A stretch of 64,000 nt of DNA from contig OZ243961.1 in NCBI GenBank assembly GCA_965214605.1, forward strand, positions 640,001 through 704,000. Direction: 5' to 3'. Origin of the DNA: an uncultured Candidatus Binatia bacterium. Its GTDB lineage: Bacteria; Desulfobacterota; Binatia; Bin18. Below, piece after piece: positions 19,130 through 31,430 of this stretch; positions within the stretch are counted from its first letter, which is position 1; every line of letters begins with the position of its first letter. The position numbers and the translations under genes are program-made. The notes below the pieces were generated by a model. It was not told the DNA's origin. It ran no database searches and saw nothing but the letters and a program-made list of their open reading frames with translations.

Positions 19130-20137
19130 TTATTCCAATATGTCTTTAATCCAATAGATAGGTTTCTCTTGGCTCTCGTGGTAGGTGCGGACCAGCATCT
19201 CACCAATCAGGCCGAGAGTCAAAAATTGGACGCCTGTCACAATCAGCAACAGACCAAGCTGCAGCAACGGACGGTTGGACAGTTGGACGGCGAAGAACAG
19301 GCGCTGCCCTCCCAGGACGGCCGTAATGAGCCCCCCGATCAGGAGCGAGAAGAAACCTAGCAGGCCGAATAAATGGCTCGGGCGGGTGGCATAGCTCGAC
19401 AAAAATTTGACCGTTAACAGGTCGAGAATCACCCAGAAGGTCCGCGTTAGGCCATATTTGGAAGTCCCACGGGTGCGCGGATGATGGGTGACTGGTATCT
19501 CGGTAATCGTCGCCCCTAGATCACGGGCTAAGGCTGGGATGAAACGGTGCATCTCACCGTACAGCTTCATATCTTTAGCAATGTGGCGGCGCAAAGCTTT
19601 GAGGGTACAGCCGTAGTCGTGCAACTTGACACGGGTCAATAGCGAGATTATGCGGTTGGCAATATAAGAAGGTAGGCGACGCTGCCAAAACGGATCTTGC
19701 CGATTCATCCGCCAGCCGTTGACCAGATCATAGCCCTCGTTGAGCTTGGCTACCAGTCTGGGGATATCAGCCGGATCATTTTGCAGATCGCCGTCTAGCG
19801 ATACAATCACCTCGCCCTGGGCATAGGCAAATGCGGCCGCGAGCGCGGCGGTTTGACCAAAATTGCGTCGGAAGCGCACGACTTTCAGCCAGCTATAGGT
19901 CCGATGCAGCTCGACCAAGATATCGGCGCTCCCATCGGTGCTGCCGTCATCAACTATGATTACCTCGTAGCTCCAACCAGTTGCGGACAACACCTCAGAG
20001 AGGGTCTGACACAGCGGATATAGATTCTCGATCTCGTTATAGATCGGTACGACCACCGACAGATACGGCTCTTGGCCGCGGTCCAAGCTGGGGGAGACCG
20101 GATCTGCGAGCTGGGGTGTCATCCTGTCATTCGTCAT
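19130..20137 (-). CDS. GT2 polyprenyl-phosphate glycosyltransferase (DPM1/ArnC-like)
   Basis: VVVPIYNE, DDGSTD, RNFGQTAA, DGDLQNDP, two C-terminal TM helices. Confidence 0.9.
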   Translation of the reverse strand: MTNDRMTPQLADPVSPSLDRGQEPYLSVVVPIYNEIENLYPLCQTLSEVLSATGWSYEVIIVDDGSTDGSADILVELHRTYSWLKVVRFRRNFGQTAALAAAFAYAQGEVIVSLDGDLQNDPADIPRLVAKLNEGYDLVNGWRMNRQDPFWQRRLPSYIANRIISLLTRVKLHDYGCTLKALRRHIAKDMKLYGEMHRFIPALARDLGATITEIPVTHHPRTRGTSKYGLTRTFWVILDLLTVKFLSSYATRPSHLFGLLGFFSLLIGGLITAVLGGQRLFFAVQLSNRPLLQLGLLLIVTGVQFLTLGLIGEMLVRTYHESQEKPIYWIKDILE

Positions 20138-20148
20138 GGCCGCGCTGC

Positions 20149-21009
20149 TTAGGGGGTGAGATACTTGCCGATCAGGATATCGAGTTCGTGCCTGATCTCT
20201 GCCGGAATCAGGCTACGATCTGTGATAATCGCGTCCTTGAGAGCCTGGGAGCAGGGACAGGTGCGACGATCCGACAGCTGGGTAGCGGCCGTACGGATAA
20301 TGTTCTGAGCGGTTTCGACATTGGTCCTGAGAATCGTCAACACCTCCTCAATCACCACGTCGCCCGCCTCGGTGTTCCAACAGTCGTAGTCGGTGGCCAG
20401 CGCCAGATTGGCAAAACACAGCTCAGCCTCGCGTGCCAGCTTGGCCTCTTGGAGACTGGTCATACCAATCACATCGGCCCCCCAACTGCGGTACAGAAAA
20501 GACTCGGCTCGGGTCGAAAACTGGGGACCCTCCATACACACATAGGTCCCGCCGCCATGGACCGTGGCCCCGAGTCCGCGGCCGACTTCGACCAACAGGT
20601 GCGACAAGGAGACGCACACCGGATCGGCAAAAGACACATGGACAACAAGGCCGCGACCAAAAAAAGTCCCGATCCGACTGCGGGTCCGATCGATGAACTG
20701 ATCGGGAATGACCAGATGGCCCGGCGCAATAGCTTGCCTGAGACTACCGACGGCACCCACCCCAATCAGGTATTCCACGCCGAGCTTCTTCATCCCGTAG
20801 ATATTGGCTCGGAAATTCAGCTCCGAGGGTAAGAGACGATGGCCTCGGCCGTGACGGGGGAGAAAGACTAGCCGTACCTCTCCAAGCTCGCCCACAAAGT
20901 AGTCGTCCGAGGGCGCGCCAAAAGGAGTCTCAACTGACACCCATTGGCCGTTTGTGATTCCCGTCATCTGATATAGCCCACTGCCGCCAATTACGCCGAG
21001 TGTTGTCAT
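20149..21009 (-). CDS. mtnP: S-methyl-5'-thioadenosine phosphorylase
   Basis: GVIGGSG, RHGRGH, EGPQFSTRAES, ATDYDCW. Confidence 0.93.
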   Translation of the reverse strand: MTTLGVIGGSGLYQMTGITNGQWVSVETPFGAPSDDYFVGELGEVRLVFLPRHGRGHRLLPSELNFRANIYGMKKLGVEYLIGVGAVGSLRQAIAPGHLVIPDQFIDRTRSRIGTFFGRGLVVHVSFADPVCVSLSHLLVEVGRGLGATVHGGGTYVCMEGPQFSTRAESFLYRSWGADVIGMTSLQEAKLAREAELCFANLALATDYDCWNTEAGDVVIEEVLTILRTNVETAQNIIRTAATQLSDRRTCPCSQALKDAIITDRSLIPAEIRHELDILIGKYLTP

Positions 21010-21087
21010 GTCTGTGTCCTTAGTACAGATGATGATATCTTCTCATCAATCGCTCATCTTTGTCCATTTTGTTCTCCGAGAGAGGCT

Positions 21088-22113
21088 TTAGCCGCCGGGT
21101 GCCAGCTGTCCGCACGCGGCCAGAACATCCTGGCCGCGGCTTTCGCGTATTGTTGCCAGCACCCCTTTATCCAATAGGATCTGACGGAACCGATCGATGT
21201 GCGGCCGTGGGCTCGCCTCAAAACCCGAGTGAGGAAAGACGTTAAAGGGAATAAGGTTGACCTTGGCACGTATGCCGTGCAGCAGTTTTGTCAGCCGTCT
21301 GGCATCTGCGGGACTATCATTAACCCCGGCCAGCATCGTGTAGGCAAAGGTTAAACGACGCCGAGAGCGGACGGGCAGGCTGCGGCAGGCGTTGAGCAGC
21401 TGTTCGAGTGGATAGCGGCTGTTGATCGGCATCAGCCGAGTACGTAGTTCATCGGTTGTCGCGCTCAGCGAGACGGTCAAGTTGATCGGGGTCTCGTGCA
21501 GCAGGCGGTGCATCTGCGGTACCAGCCCGACCGTGGACACCGTTACCCGGCGGGGAGAAAAATTGAAGCCCCACTTAGCGGTCAGCACCTCGATGGCCTT
21601 CACGACCTGTTCATAGTTGGCCAGCGGTTCTCCCATACCCATGAACACCACATTAGTCAGTTTTTTATCGGAGGACAGGGCGCGCTGGATCTCCCACACC
21701 TGACTGATAATCTCTCCGGCGGTCAGATTCCGAACCGACCGCAGGCGGGCAGTGGCACAGAACTGACACCCCATTGCACATCCGCTTTGGGACGAGACGC
21801 ACAGAGTTTGGCGACCCGGGCCAGGAATCCGCACACTCTCAATCCGTCGCCCATCAGCCAAGGCAAATACATATTTGCAGGTCCCGTCCGCGGCCGCAGA
21901 CGTCCGCACCCAGGTCAGATGATCAATCGAAAAGACTGCTGCCAGCCGCTCACGCAGAGCGGCCGACACATCGCTCATATCGGCAAAGGTATCGCTCCCG
22001 CGCTGATAGATCCATCTGAGGATTTGCCGGGACCGAAAGGCTTTGAGGTCGTTGTCAAGACACCACTGCTCAAGCTCGATCCGGCTGAATTCTTTAATGT
22101 CATGTGACATCAA
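21088..22113 (-). CDS. rlmN: 23S rRNA m2A2503 / tRNA radical SAM methyltransferase
   Basis: CAMGCQFC, MGMGEP, NLIPFN, AACGQL. Confidence 0.96.
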   Translation of the reverse strand: MMSHDIKEFSRIELEQWCLDNDLKAFRSRQILRWIYQRGSDTFADMSDVSAALRERLAAVFSIDHLTWVRTSAAADGTCKYVFALADGRRIESVRIPGPGRQTLCVSSQSGCAMGCQFCATARLRSVRNLTAGEIISQVWEIQRALSSDKKLTNVVFMGMGEPLANYEQVVKAIEVLTAKWGFNFSPRRVTVSTVGLVPQMHRLLHETPINLTVSLSATTDELRTRLMPINSRYPLEQLLNACRSLPVRSRRRLTFAYTMLAGVNDSPADARRLTKLLHGIRAKVNLIPFNVFPHSGFEASPRPHIDRFRQILLDKGVLATIRESRGQDVLAACGQLAPGG

Positions 22114-22536
22114 TTAAGCTGCGTGCAGCTCCATCTCGCCAAAGAAGTAGGCAATTTCCTGACGGGCGGTATCTGGCCCATCAGAGCCGTGGACCGCATT
22201 CTTCTCGATGTCTGTTGCAAAGTCTTTGCGAATCGTGCCCGGATCGGCCTCGACGGGATTGGTTGCGCCCATCAGCCGCCGGTTAGTCTGGATGGCGTCT
22301 TGGCCTTCGAGCACCGATACCAGAATGGGCCCGGACGACATAAACGTCGTCAGACTATCAAAAAAAGGGCGTTCCTTATGGACGACGTAAAATCCCTGGG
22401 CTTCGGCCTTGCTCAGATGTATCATTTTGGCTGCAACGATCTTGAGTCCAGCGCGCTCAAACCGACCCAGAATCTCGCCAAGGACATTTTTTTGGACGGC
22501 GTCCGGCTTAATAATCGAGAGGGTATGTTCTGTCAT
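22114..22536 (-). CDS. ndk: Nucleoside diphosphate kinase
   Basis: [22 protein letters not shown]. Confidence 0.98.
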   Translation of the reverse strand: MTEHTLSIIKPDAVQKNVLGEILGRFERAGLKIVAAKMIHLSKAEAQGFYVVHKERPFFDSLTTFMSSGPILVSVLEGQDAIQTNRRLMGATNPVEADPGTIRKDFATDIEKNAVHGSDGPDTARQEIAYFFGEMELHAA

Positions 22537-22562
22537 GCTGGTCCTTTCTTCACCATCGGGTC

Positions 22563-22591
22563 AGCATAGCGGGAGGGCAAAAGAGGGTCAA
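22563..22591 (-). promoter_or_regulatory. Putative sigma70 promoter of ndk-rlmN
   Basis: Minus strand TTGACC-N17-TATGCT. Confidence 0.6.
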
Positions 22592-22644
22592 CGCGCTGTT
22601 CGACTCCGAGTCCGGCCATCCGGGCTGTCTCGTTCAAGACGGAT

Positions 22645-23733
22645 TCAAGGTAGGTTCAGCGGTGGGGGCGGCGGGGTGAAGTGCAGCCCGCACTGATGGT
22701 GGACTTTTTTGACCGCAGACCAGTCGGGCGTGTCATCGAGTAACGCTAGACCGGTCCGAGCGTGGCACGCCTCAGCGTGATAGCCGAGGTATTCGGCCCT
22801 TTCCAGACAGCGCCGAAAGGTGTTATGAGCGGTTTGAGGACTACCCCGCAGCAGTGCCAACTCGCCCGTCCCTAGCCGGCAGTAGATGCTGCCGCGGGAA
22901 TCCCGAGTTTCACGGAACAGAACCTGCGCCCGGGCAAAGGTCTCGGCGCTACAGGGGTAATCGCCGCGCATTTTGTGGACAGTCGCCATCGCCCACACAG
23001 TATAGGCAAAGCTGGCGGTGTCGCCAATCCGAGCGTAGACCTTTTCGGCGGTGGCAAACAGTTTCATCGCCGCCGCATAGTCGCCGCGCATGCGCGCAGC
23101 GTTGCCCAATCCACAGTAAGAATAGGCGCGGCCATAGATATCTTTTTCCGCCTCGAATAGAGTGTTTGCCCGCTGATAATAGTCCTGACTATCGGCAAAG
23201 CGGCCCATCAAGCGCGAGGCTCCTCCCAAACCGCACAAGGCATAGCCAGTGCCAGGCCTATCTTCCTGCTGCTGTGCAAGGGTCAACGCTTTTTTGAAAT
23301 GGCCAACCGCTTTGCGTAAGTCGCCACAAAACCGATAGGTGCTGCCAAGCGCCCACAAAACAAATCCCTCACCCTCGACAGCCTCGGCTTGGCGGTACAG
23401 CCGACGGGCGTGCTCAAGGTAGGGCAACGCCCGTTCAGGATTGCCCTGGGCGCGTAGGCTGAGACCGAAACCGGCCTGGCTCTCGGCCAAGCCTTCAGGG
23501 TCGTGCAGCGCCTCGGACAGGCTGACCGCCCTGGCATAGGCCCGTTTGGCCGGAGCGAACTGCCCCAGCATACGCAGACAGTCACCGATACCGATGAACG
23601 CGTCGCGCTCTCCGTCGGAATCTCCCTCATCAGCATAGACGGCCTGAGCCTGGCGATAGAGGTCGAGGGCGGCGGAAAAATGGCTGGTGTGGCGAGCGCG
23701 TTCGGCGCGCTCAAACAGGCGGTCGGGATTCAC
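22645..23733 (-). CDS. All-TPR-like repeat protein (~40-aa period)
   Basis: Recurrent A.C/L.GLG...R..G....A...Y..A units; GTGA overlap with the sucD stop. Confidence 0.85.
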   Translation of the reverse strand: MNPDRLFERAERARHTSHFSAALDLYRQAQAVYADEGDSDGERDAFIGIGDCLRMLGQFAPAKRAYARAVSLSEALHDPEGLAESQAGFGLSLRAQGNPERALPYLEHARRLYRQAEAVEGEGFVLWALGSTYRFCGDLRKAVGHFKKALTLAQQQEDRPGTGYALCGLGGASRLMGRFADSQDYYQRANTLFEAEKDIYGRAYSYCGLGNAARMRGDYAAAMKLFATAEKVYARIGDTASFAYTVWAMATVHKMRGDYPCSAETFARAQVLFRETRDSRGSIYCRLGTGELALLRGSPQTAHNTFRRCLERAEYLGYHAEACHARTGLALLDDTPDWSAVKKVHHQCGLHFTPPPPPLNLP

Positions 23734-24611
23734 GAAAGCGATATTCCCATTGCTCTGGCCATGGTCACGCCCATTTCGGCTGGGCTTGGAATCGTGTGTA
23801 CGCCCGCCTTCTCAAAGGCCCGGATCTTTTCCGCGGCCGTACCCGAGCCGCCGGCAATAATTGCCCCGGCGTGGCCCATGCGTTTACCCTTGGGTGCGGT
23901 CTGACCGGCAATGAAGGCAGCCACCGGTTTCGTCATCTCGGCTTTGATAAACGCGGCCGCCTCTTCTTCGGCGCTGCCGCCGATCTCCCCGATCAACACC
24001 ACCCCTGCGGTCTGGGAATCGTCCTGGAACAGACGCAACACATCAACAAATCCAGTCCCATTCACCGGGTCACCACCGATGCCGACGCAGCTTGACTGAC
24101 CAATGCCGAGCTGGGTCAGCTGATGGACCGCCTCATAGGTTAGCGTGCCGCTTCGCGATACCACACCGATGTTGCCCGCCTTGTGAATATAACCCGGCAT
24201 AATCCCGATCTTGCACTCACCCGGAGTGATAACGCCGGGACAGTTCGGCCCGATCAAACGGGAGGCTTTGCCCACCATGTAGTGCTTGACCCGGAGCATG
24301 TCCAAAATAGGGATACCTTCGGTGATACAGATCACCAGCGGGAGCTGAGCCTCAACCGCCTCTAGAATCGCGTCGGCGGCAAAGGGCGGAGGAACATAGA
24401 TCACCGAGGCGTTGGCACCGGTTGTAGCGACCGATTCAGCGACGGTATTAAAGACGGGGATGCCCTCAAAATCGGTCCCGCCACGACCAGGGGTTACCCC
24501 GGCCACCATCTGGGTTCCGTATTCTTTGCAGGCCCGGGTGTGGAGTTGGCCGGTTGCGCCGGTAATGCCCTGGGTGACAACTCTAGTGTCTTTATTAACA
24601 AGAATACTCAC
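23730..24611 (-). CDS. sucD: Succinyl-CoA synthetase alpha subunit
   Basis: [28 protein letters not shown]. Confidence 0.98.
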   Translation of the reverse strand: MSILVNKDTRVVTQGITGATGQLHTRACKEYGTQMVAGVTPGRGGTDFEGIPVFNTVAESVATTGANASVIYVPPPFAADAILEAVEAQLPLVICITEGIPILDMLRVKHYMVGKASRLIGPNCPGVITPGECKIGIMPGYIHKAGNIGVVSRSGTLTYEAVHQLTQLGIGQSSCVGIGGDPVNGTGFVDVLRLFQDDSQTAGVVLIGEIGGSAEEEAAAFIKAEMTKPVAAFIAGQTAPKGKRMGHAGAIIAGGSGTAAEKIRAFEKAGVHTIPSPAEMGVTMARAMGISLS

Positions 24612-24643
24612 GCGACTTTCTCCGCTCGTCTATGGTGGGCCAC

Positions 24644-25813
24644 TCAACCCATCGCCCTGACCGCTTCGACCGCCTTCTTGGCCCCATCGGCCAGGTCACT
24701 GGCCGGAATAATATTGAGTCCCGACCGGGCCAAAATCTGTTTGCCCTGTTCGACGTTTGTGCCCTCAAGGCGGACCACTAAGGGCACGGACAGGTTGACC
24801 TCTTTGGCCGCTTCGACCACCCCGTTGGCCACCACATCGCAGCGCATGATGCCGCCAAAGATGTTGACTAAGACGCCCTTGACGTTCTGGTCGGACAGAA
24901 TGATTTTAAACGCCTCGGTCACTTTCTCGGTTGTGGCTCCGCCTCCGACATCAAGAAAATTGGCCGGCTCAGCGCCGTAATGCTTGATAATATCCATCGT
25001 GGCCATGGCCAGACCAGCCCCGTTGACCATACAGCCGATATTCCCGTCCAGTGCGATATAGCTGAGGTCAAACTTGGCGGCCGCAATTTCTTTTTCGTTC
25101 TCTTCCGACTCATCCCGCAGCTCGCGAACCTCGGGCCGACGGTACAGTGCGTTGTCGTCAAACCCCATCTTAGCATCCAACGCGACCAGATCGTCATCCT
25201 GGGTCAACACCAAAGGATTGATCTCAACCAGCGAGGCGTCAGTTTCGATAAAGGCCTGATACAGACCTTTGACAAAAGCCACCGCTTTGTTAATCGCCTC
25301 CTTGGGGAGACCGAGACCATAGGCGATTTTCCGGCCCTGAAAGTCGCCTACGCCGAGCGCCGGGTCTATCGCTTCACGCAAAATTTTCTCGGGCGAGCGC
25401 GCGGCAACCTCTTCAATCTCAACTCCTCCCTCAGAGCTGGCCATAATGGTGACGCGCGACGTGGCCCGGTCGAGGACCATGCCCAGATAAAACTCTTTGG
25501 CAATAGCACAGCCCTGCTCAACAAAGACCTTCTGGACCTCTTTGCCTTCAGGACCGGTCTGGTGGGTAACCAGCTTGTTGCCTAGCAGGCTGGCCGCAAT
25601 ATCACGCGCTTCTTGAGGAGTCTTCGCCAACTTTACACCGCCCGCTTTGCCCCGCCCGCCGGCGTGGATCTGGGCTTTGACCACACACAGCTCTCCGCCT
25701 AGTTCCTCAGCAGCGGCCTGTGCCGCCTCGGGCGTGGTCGCCATTTTGCCGTTTAGGACAGCAACACCGTATTTCCGCAACAAGTCTTTTGCCTGATATT
25801 CATGAATATTCAT
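24644..25813 (-). CDS. sucC: Succinyl-CoA synthetase beta subunit
   Basis: [37 protein letters not shown]. Confidence 0.98.
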   Translation of the reverse strand: MNIHEYQAKDLLRKYGVAVLNGKMATTPEAAQAAAEELGGELCVVKAQIHAGGRGKAGGVKLAKTPQEARDIAASLLGNKLVTHQTGPEGKEVQKVFVEQGCAIAKEFYLGMVLDRATSRVTIMASSEGGVEIEEVAARSPEKILREAIDPALGVGDFQGRKIAYGLGLPKEAINKAVAFVKGLYQAFIETDASLVEINPLVLTQDDDLVALDAKMGFDDNALYRRPEVRELRDESEENEKEIAAAKFDLSYIALDGNIGCMVNGAGLAMATMDIIKHYGAEPANFLDVGGGATTEKVTEAFKIILSDQNVKGVLVNIFGGIMRCDVVANGVVEAAKEVNLSVPLVVRLEGTNVEQGKQILARSGLNIIPASDLADGAKKAVEAVRAMG

Positions 25814-25887
25814 GGGTCCTCGCTATTACGGTCAAAACGCTGGCAAAATGCCAAAATTCGGCCGACCTGTCTAGAGCTGCAACTCAA

Positions 25888-26604
25888 TCAACCCAGGCCG
25901 GACGGGCGGCGTTTACGGGCCCCCCGCCGCTTCCGCTCAGCCTCCGATAGGCGTACATAGCGCGGCACCAGTTTGCCCACATCGTCCGACTCGCCCGCTT
26001 CCAGCCTCGGCAGAGCTAAACGGGCAACTGCTATCCCACTGGGATGACAGCGAGCCCACGACAAGGACTGGGCCGCGTCGCCGTAGCGGTCTTGAATCAG
26101 TCCGCGATACGCTTCAGCTCCATCGCCGAGAAACAGACAGGGGGGAGAAATATGCGCCCCCAGTTCGTTCGGCGCCAGAACCATATCGGGAGTCAGCCGC
26201 CGCAACCGACGGTGCTGATCGCGGACAAACACAGCCGCGTATACTTCTTTTCTGCGCGCGTCGAGCAGGACACACATTCGGCCCTGCCAGTCATACACAG
26301 TCGCGGCCAATGCCTCGAGCGTAGAAACCCCAACTAGGGCCAGCCCCAACGCGTAACACAGGCCCTTGGCTGTATTCAGACCGACCCGCAGGCCGGAGAA
26401 AGAGCCGGGGCCGATCGACACACCAATGCCATCCAGTTCGGTCAAGCCGATGCCTGACCGAGACACAAGCCGGCGGACGAGCGGCAACAGGACATCCGCA
26501 TGCCCAGTCTGGACGCGGCGTGATTCCTCGGCCAAGATGCCTCCGTCACGCACCAAGCCGACGCTGGTAAACCAGGTCGCCGTATCCAGGCCGAGGACGA
26601 GCAC
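25888..26604 (-). CDS. tsaB: tRNA t6A biosynthesis protein TsaB
   Basis: LGLDTAT, GPGSFSGLRVG, DARRKEVY, P.YVR.SEAE. Confidence 0.95.
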   Translation of the reverse strand: MLVLGLDTATWFTSVGLVRDGGILAEESRRVQTGHADVLLPLVRRLVSRSGIGLTELDGIGVSIGPGSFSGLRVGLNTAKGLCYALGLALVGVSTLEALAATVYDWQGRMCVLLDARRKEVYAAVFVRDQHRRLRRLTPDMVLAPNELGAHISPPCLFLGDGAEAYRGLIQDRYGDAAQSLSWARCHPSGIAVARLALPRLEAGESDDVGKLVPRYVRLSEAERKRRGARKRRPSGLG

Positions 26605-26659
26605 GCTCGCTTCTTCCCTTCTTCAGCAGCGCTGTGATCCGTCTTGGGCTACACCAGAG

Positions 26660-27736
26660 CTATCTCACCAGACGCGCGATGTCGTTATAAAAGACCAGTA
26701 CGACCAGCGAGATGATGACCAGAAAGCCGACCCGAAAGGCGACTTCGCGTGAGCGCACGCTGGGAGGACGGCCGAGTAGCAACTCAATGAACAGAAACAG
26801 CAGATGGCCGCCGTCCAGAATCGGAATCGGCAGGAGATTAAAGATGGCGAGGTTTACATTGATGAGCGCGGTGAAATGCATTAAATAGCTCAGTCCGCGC
26901 TGGGCTTGCTGGCCGGCCACCTGGGCAATGAGGATCGGCCCGCCCAGTTCCTTGGTTGAGACATCGCCTTGGATGAGGTTACCCACGGTCTGCACGATCA
27001 AAACGCTCAAGGCCCAGGTTTGCTCAGCCCCAAGGACTACGGCTCGGCTGGCCGATACCTGTTCTAAACGCGAATCCGGCATAATGCCAATCGCGTACCT
27101 CCCCCCTCCCTCTTGGTCCATTCCCTGGCGAAATTCCGGGCTGACGGTCAACTCAAACGGCTGTAGGCGACCCGCTCGTTTGACCCGCAGGATGAGCTCT
27201 TCGCCCTGACTGCTTCGGATGTGCTCGGCCATTTCCTCCCAGGTCTGCACCCGGCTGCCCGAGATACTCATAATCTCGTCCCCGGCTTGCAGTCCAACCC
27301 GCTGAGCTGGAGAGTCGGGAACGACCGCACCGACCCTGGCCTCCTCAACCGCGACCGGGATACCGAAGCTCACAAAGACTAAGCTAAACAAGACAAATGC
27401 GGTCACAAAATTCGCGCCCGGCCCGGCGGCCACGATCAGAAACCGACTCAGCAGCGATTGATGGGGGAATGACCGCGGAATATCTTCTGCCGCAACCTCC
27501 TCACCCGTTTCTTCCCCGATCATCTTGACATAGCCGCCTAATGGGACGGCACTAATCAAGTATTCTGTCTCCCCAACCGTACGTCCGACGAGCTTCGGCC
27601 CAAAGCCAAGCGAAAACCGCTCAACGCCAACCCCAACCAGCTTGGCTACGCTAAAATGTCCGAGTTCATGAACAAACACGATCAGGCCGAAGACCACGAC
27701 TACTTTCCAAATCACATCAAGGGTTGCCAGATCCAT
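26660..27736 (-). CDS. rseP: RIP metalloprotease RseP
   Basis: HELGH, GGYVKM, PDZ domain, NLLPIPILDGGH. Confidence 0.96.
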   Translation of the reverse strand: MDLATLDVIWKVVVVFGLIVFVHELGHFSVAKLVGVGVERFSLGFGPKLVGRTVGETEYLISAVPLGGYVKMIGEETGEEVAAEDIPRSFPHQSLLSRFLIVAAGPGANFVTAFVLFSLVFVSFGIPVAVEEARVGAVVPDSPAQRVGLQAGDEIMSISGSRVQTWEEMAEHIRSSQGEELILRVKRAGRLQPFELTVSPEFRQGMDQEGGGRYAIGIMPDSRLEQVSASRAVVLGAEQTWALSVLIVQTVGNLIQGDVSTKELGGPILIAQVAGQQAQRGLSYLMHFTALINVNLAIFNLLPIPILDGGHLLFLFIELLLGRPPSVRSREVAFRVGFLVIISLVVLVFYNDIARLVR

Positions 27737-27762
27737 AACAGCTCCTCATCGCTGGACAATCG

Positions 27763-28554
27763 CTAGGTCCACAGGACACCATAGTAATAAATAAAAGCAG
27801 TCGGGAAAAGTAAACTATCCGCCCGATCGAGCAGACCGCCGTGGCCAGGAAAAAGACGGCCCGAATCCTTAGTTCCACACGCCCGCTTGACCGCCGATTC
27901 ACATAAGTCTCCAATTTGGGCCAAGATCCCGAGGACCACCGCCAGCACACCCAGTTCAATCCAACTCCGCTGCGGCAGCAGCCAAGCCCAGCCAATCCAC
28001 GCTCCTCCCACACTGCCGAGGAGTGCCCCTCCGCTGCCTTCAAGGGTTTTGCCCGGACTGATGTGCGGGATGAGCTTGTGGGTGCCCCAGATTCGCCCAA
28101 CGGCGTAACCACCGGTATCGCCCAGCATAGCAACCAGCAAGAGGAAGAAAACCCAGCCAACGCCGTCCTGCAGCTGTCGAACCCAGACGAGATGGGGCAG
28201 GAGAAAAGCGACGTACACAACCCCAAACAAGGTCAGACTGACTCCGGCCAGCCCCCTGTCGGGCTGAGGCGTGCGTAGGCCGCACGCAAACGTGACAAAA
28301 AACCCGGCGATCAGCACTGCCCCCACAAACGCTCCGGGCCCGATACACATAGTCGCCGCTAGACTGCCGCCCCAGCCGAGCCCCAGGCCAAACGGAAGCG
28401 GATTGTGGCTCCGACTCAGCGAAAAGAATTCGTACAGTCCAAGACAAGTCAGCAGAAAAACGACCGCGGAAAAAACCCAAACCGGGGCACAGCAGATACA
28501 GATAATGAGGAGCGGCAGCGCAAACGCTGTGGTTAGAAGGCGGTCGCGGAGCAC
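27763..28554 (-). CDS. cdsA: Phosphatidate cytidylyltransferase
   Basis: ISPGKTLEG, GDLCESAVKR..GTKDSG..FPGHGGLLDR.DS. Confidence 0.95.
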   Translation of the reverse strand: MLRDRLLTTAFALPLLIICICCAPVWVFSAVVFLLTCLGLYEFFSLSRSHNPLPFGLGLGWGGSLAATMCIGPGAFVGAVLIAGFFVTFACGLRTPQPDRGLAGVSLTLFGVVYVAFLLPHLVWVRQLQDGVGWVFFLLLVAMLGDTGGYAVGRIWGTHKLIPHISPGKTLEGSGGALLGSVGGAWIGWAWLLPQRSWIELGVLAVVLGILAQIGDLCESAVKRACGTKDSGRLFPGHGGLLDRADSLLFPTAFIYYYGVLWT

Positions 28555-28562
28555 ACCTGAGC

Positions 28563-29444
<882 letters not shown>

Positions 29445-29484
29445 GCACTGAGAGTCGCTCAGGACAGCGCCCTTACGGCTTTAT

Positions 29485-30042
29485 TTACACCGACAGCAAA
29501 TCCTCCTCTTTAACCCGAAGGATCTGCTCAATCTTACCGATCGACTCGTTGGTCATTTTCTGGATCCGCTCTTGCGTCGCCCGCGCCTCATCTTCGGACA
29601 TTTCTTTGCTCTTTTGCATTTTTTTGACGCGGTCGTTGATGCTGCGCCGGTGGTTGCGCATCGAAACCCGATAGTCTTCGGCTACTTTCCGAATATGCCG
29701 CACCAGCTCTTTGCGGCGTTCCTCGGTCAGTTCGGGCAGGGGCAGCCGGACGACCTTACCGTCGTTGACCGGGGTCAGCCCGAGGTCTGCCTTATAGATC
29801 GCTTTCTCAATATCGCCGATGATATTCTGATCATAGGGCTGGGCCACCAACAAACGGGGCTCAGGAGCCGAGAGGGCAGCCACCTGATTCAGAGGCGTCG
29901 GAGCCCCGTAGCAGTCAACCAGCACCCCCTCGATAAGATCCACCGAGGCTCGCCCGGCGCGGACCTTGCGAAATTCTTTGTTGAGAGAATCAATGGTATG
30001 GGCGGCTTCTTTTTTCAATTCGTCCAGCAGTTGCTCATTCAT
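29485..30042 (-). CDS. frr: Ribosome recycling factor
   Basis: [24 protein letters not shown]; ATGA overlap with pyrH. Confidence 0.96.
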   Translation of the reverse strand: MNEQLLDELKKEAAHTIDSLNKEFRKVRAGRASVDLIEGVLVDCYGAPTPLNQVAALSAPEPRLLVAQPYDQNIIGDIEKAIYKADLGLTPVNDGKVVRLPLPELTEERRKELVRHIRKVAEDYRVSMRNHRRSINDRVKKMQKSKEMSEDEARATQERIQKMTNESIGKIEQILRVKEEDLLSV

Positions 30043-30803
30043 GCTGCCCCTCCATGCACCAGGGTTCCGACCTGCTCTCCCAGCACGGCTCGTTTGATAT
30101 TGCCCGTCTCCAACATGCTGAACACCAAAATCGGCAGGGCGTTGTCCATACACAGAGAAATCGCGGTCGAATCCATGACTTTGAGGTTTTTTTGTAAGAC
30201 CTCAAGGTAGCTAACCTCTTGATAGCGCTTGGCATCAGCGACGTGGACCGGATCCGCATCGTAAATGCCATCGACCTTGGTTGCCTTAAAAATGACCTGC
30301 GCCCCAATTTCCATGGCCCGTAAACTGGCCGCCGTATCCGTGGAGAAATACGGATTGCCCGTCCCCGCCGCAAAAATAACAACCCGCCCCTTTTCCAGAT
30401 GACGGGTCGCCCGGCGTCGAATATACGGCTCCGCCACCTGCGACACGCTCAGGGCCGACATCACCCGAGTCTGGACCTTGATCGTTTCCAGGGCCTCCTG
30501 CATGGCTAAGCTATTCATCAGGGTGGCCAACATCCCCATGTAATCGGCCGTGGCCCGGGCCATGCCGCGGGCGCTGGCGGCCAAGCCGCGAAAGATATTC
30601 CCACCGCCGACGACCAGCGCGATTTCACAGCCAATGTCACGGACCTCTCTGACCTCGTCAGCCATCCGGGACAAGACCACCTCGTCAATCCCATAACCGC
30701 TGTCTCCAGCCAGCGCTTCGCCGCCGATTTTCAACAGCACGCGTTTATAGGGGAGCGTACAAGAATCAGCAGCCATCATTCCCGCTGAGCGTGAATCGCC
30801 CAC
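30039..30803 (-). CDS. pyrH: UMP kinase (possible start 30779)
   Basis: [30 protein letters not shown]. Confidence 0.97.
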   Translation of the reverse strand: MGDSRSAGMMAADSCTLPYKRVLLKIGGEALAGDSGYGIDEVVLSRMADEVREVRDIGCEIALVVGGGNIFRGLAASARGMARATADYMGMLATLMNSLAMQEALETIKVQTRVMSALSVSQVAEPYIRRRATRHLEKGRVVIFAAGTGNPYFSTDTAASLRAMEIGAQVIFKATKVDGIYDADPVHVADAKRYQEVSYLEVLQKNLKVMDSTAISLCMDNALPILVFSMLETGNIKRAVLGEQVGTLVHGGAA

Positions 30804-30809
30804 CCTCGC

Positions 30810-31430
30810 CTACTCGGCAGCTTCCCTAGTCTCGCCAATCTGGAAGCGAGAAAAGCGACGGACGACAATATTTTCTCCAGTTCGGGCCACCATCTCTTTG
30901 ACTAGCTGTTCAACCGTCTTTGCCGTATCGCGGATAAAGCTCTGTTCAAGCAGACAGTTCTCACCGTAGTACTTCTCCAGACGCCCATCAACGATCCGGG
31001 CGATAATCTTCTCAGGTTTGCCTTCGGCCAGCGTCTGGGTGCGGTAGATCGCCCGCTCTTTTTCGACTTCCTCGGCTGGGACATCATCGCGTTGCACATA
31101 GCGCGGCTGAGAGGCCGCAATCTGCATGCCGAGATCTTTGACCAACTGCTGGAACTCCTCGGTACGCGCCACAAAATCGGTCTCGCAATTGACCTCAACC
31201 AGCACCCCAATCTTGCCACCGGCATGAATATACGAGCCAACCACACCCTGAGCAGCCGCCCGTCCGGCTCGTTTGGCGGCTGCGGCAAGACCTTTTTCAC
31301 GCAGAGACGTGATCGCCTTGTCAATGTCGCCGCCGCTCTCGTTCAAGGCTTTTTTACAATCAACAACTCCGGCTCCGGTCCGCTCGCGGAGCTCCTTGAG
31401 TTGGGCCATAGTGGTGCTCTGAGCACTCAC
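30810..31430 (-). CDS. tsf: Elongation factor Ts (short form)
   Basis: [24 protein letters not shown]. Confidence 0.97.
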   Translation of the reverse strand: MSAQSTTMAQLKELRERTGAGVVDCKKALNESGGDIDKAITSLREKGLAAAAKRAGRAAAQGVVGSYIHAGGKIGVLVEVNCETDFVARTEEFQQLVKDLGMQIAASQPRYVQRDDVPAEEVEKERAIYRTQTLAEGKPEKIIARIVDGRLEKYYGENCLLEQSFIRDTAKTVEQLVKEMVARTGENIVVRRFSRFQIGETREAAE

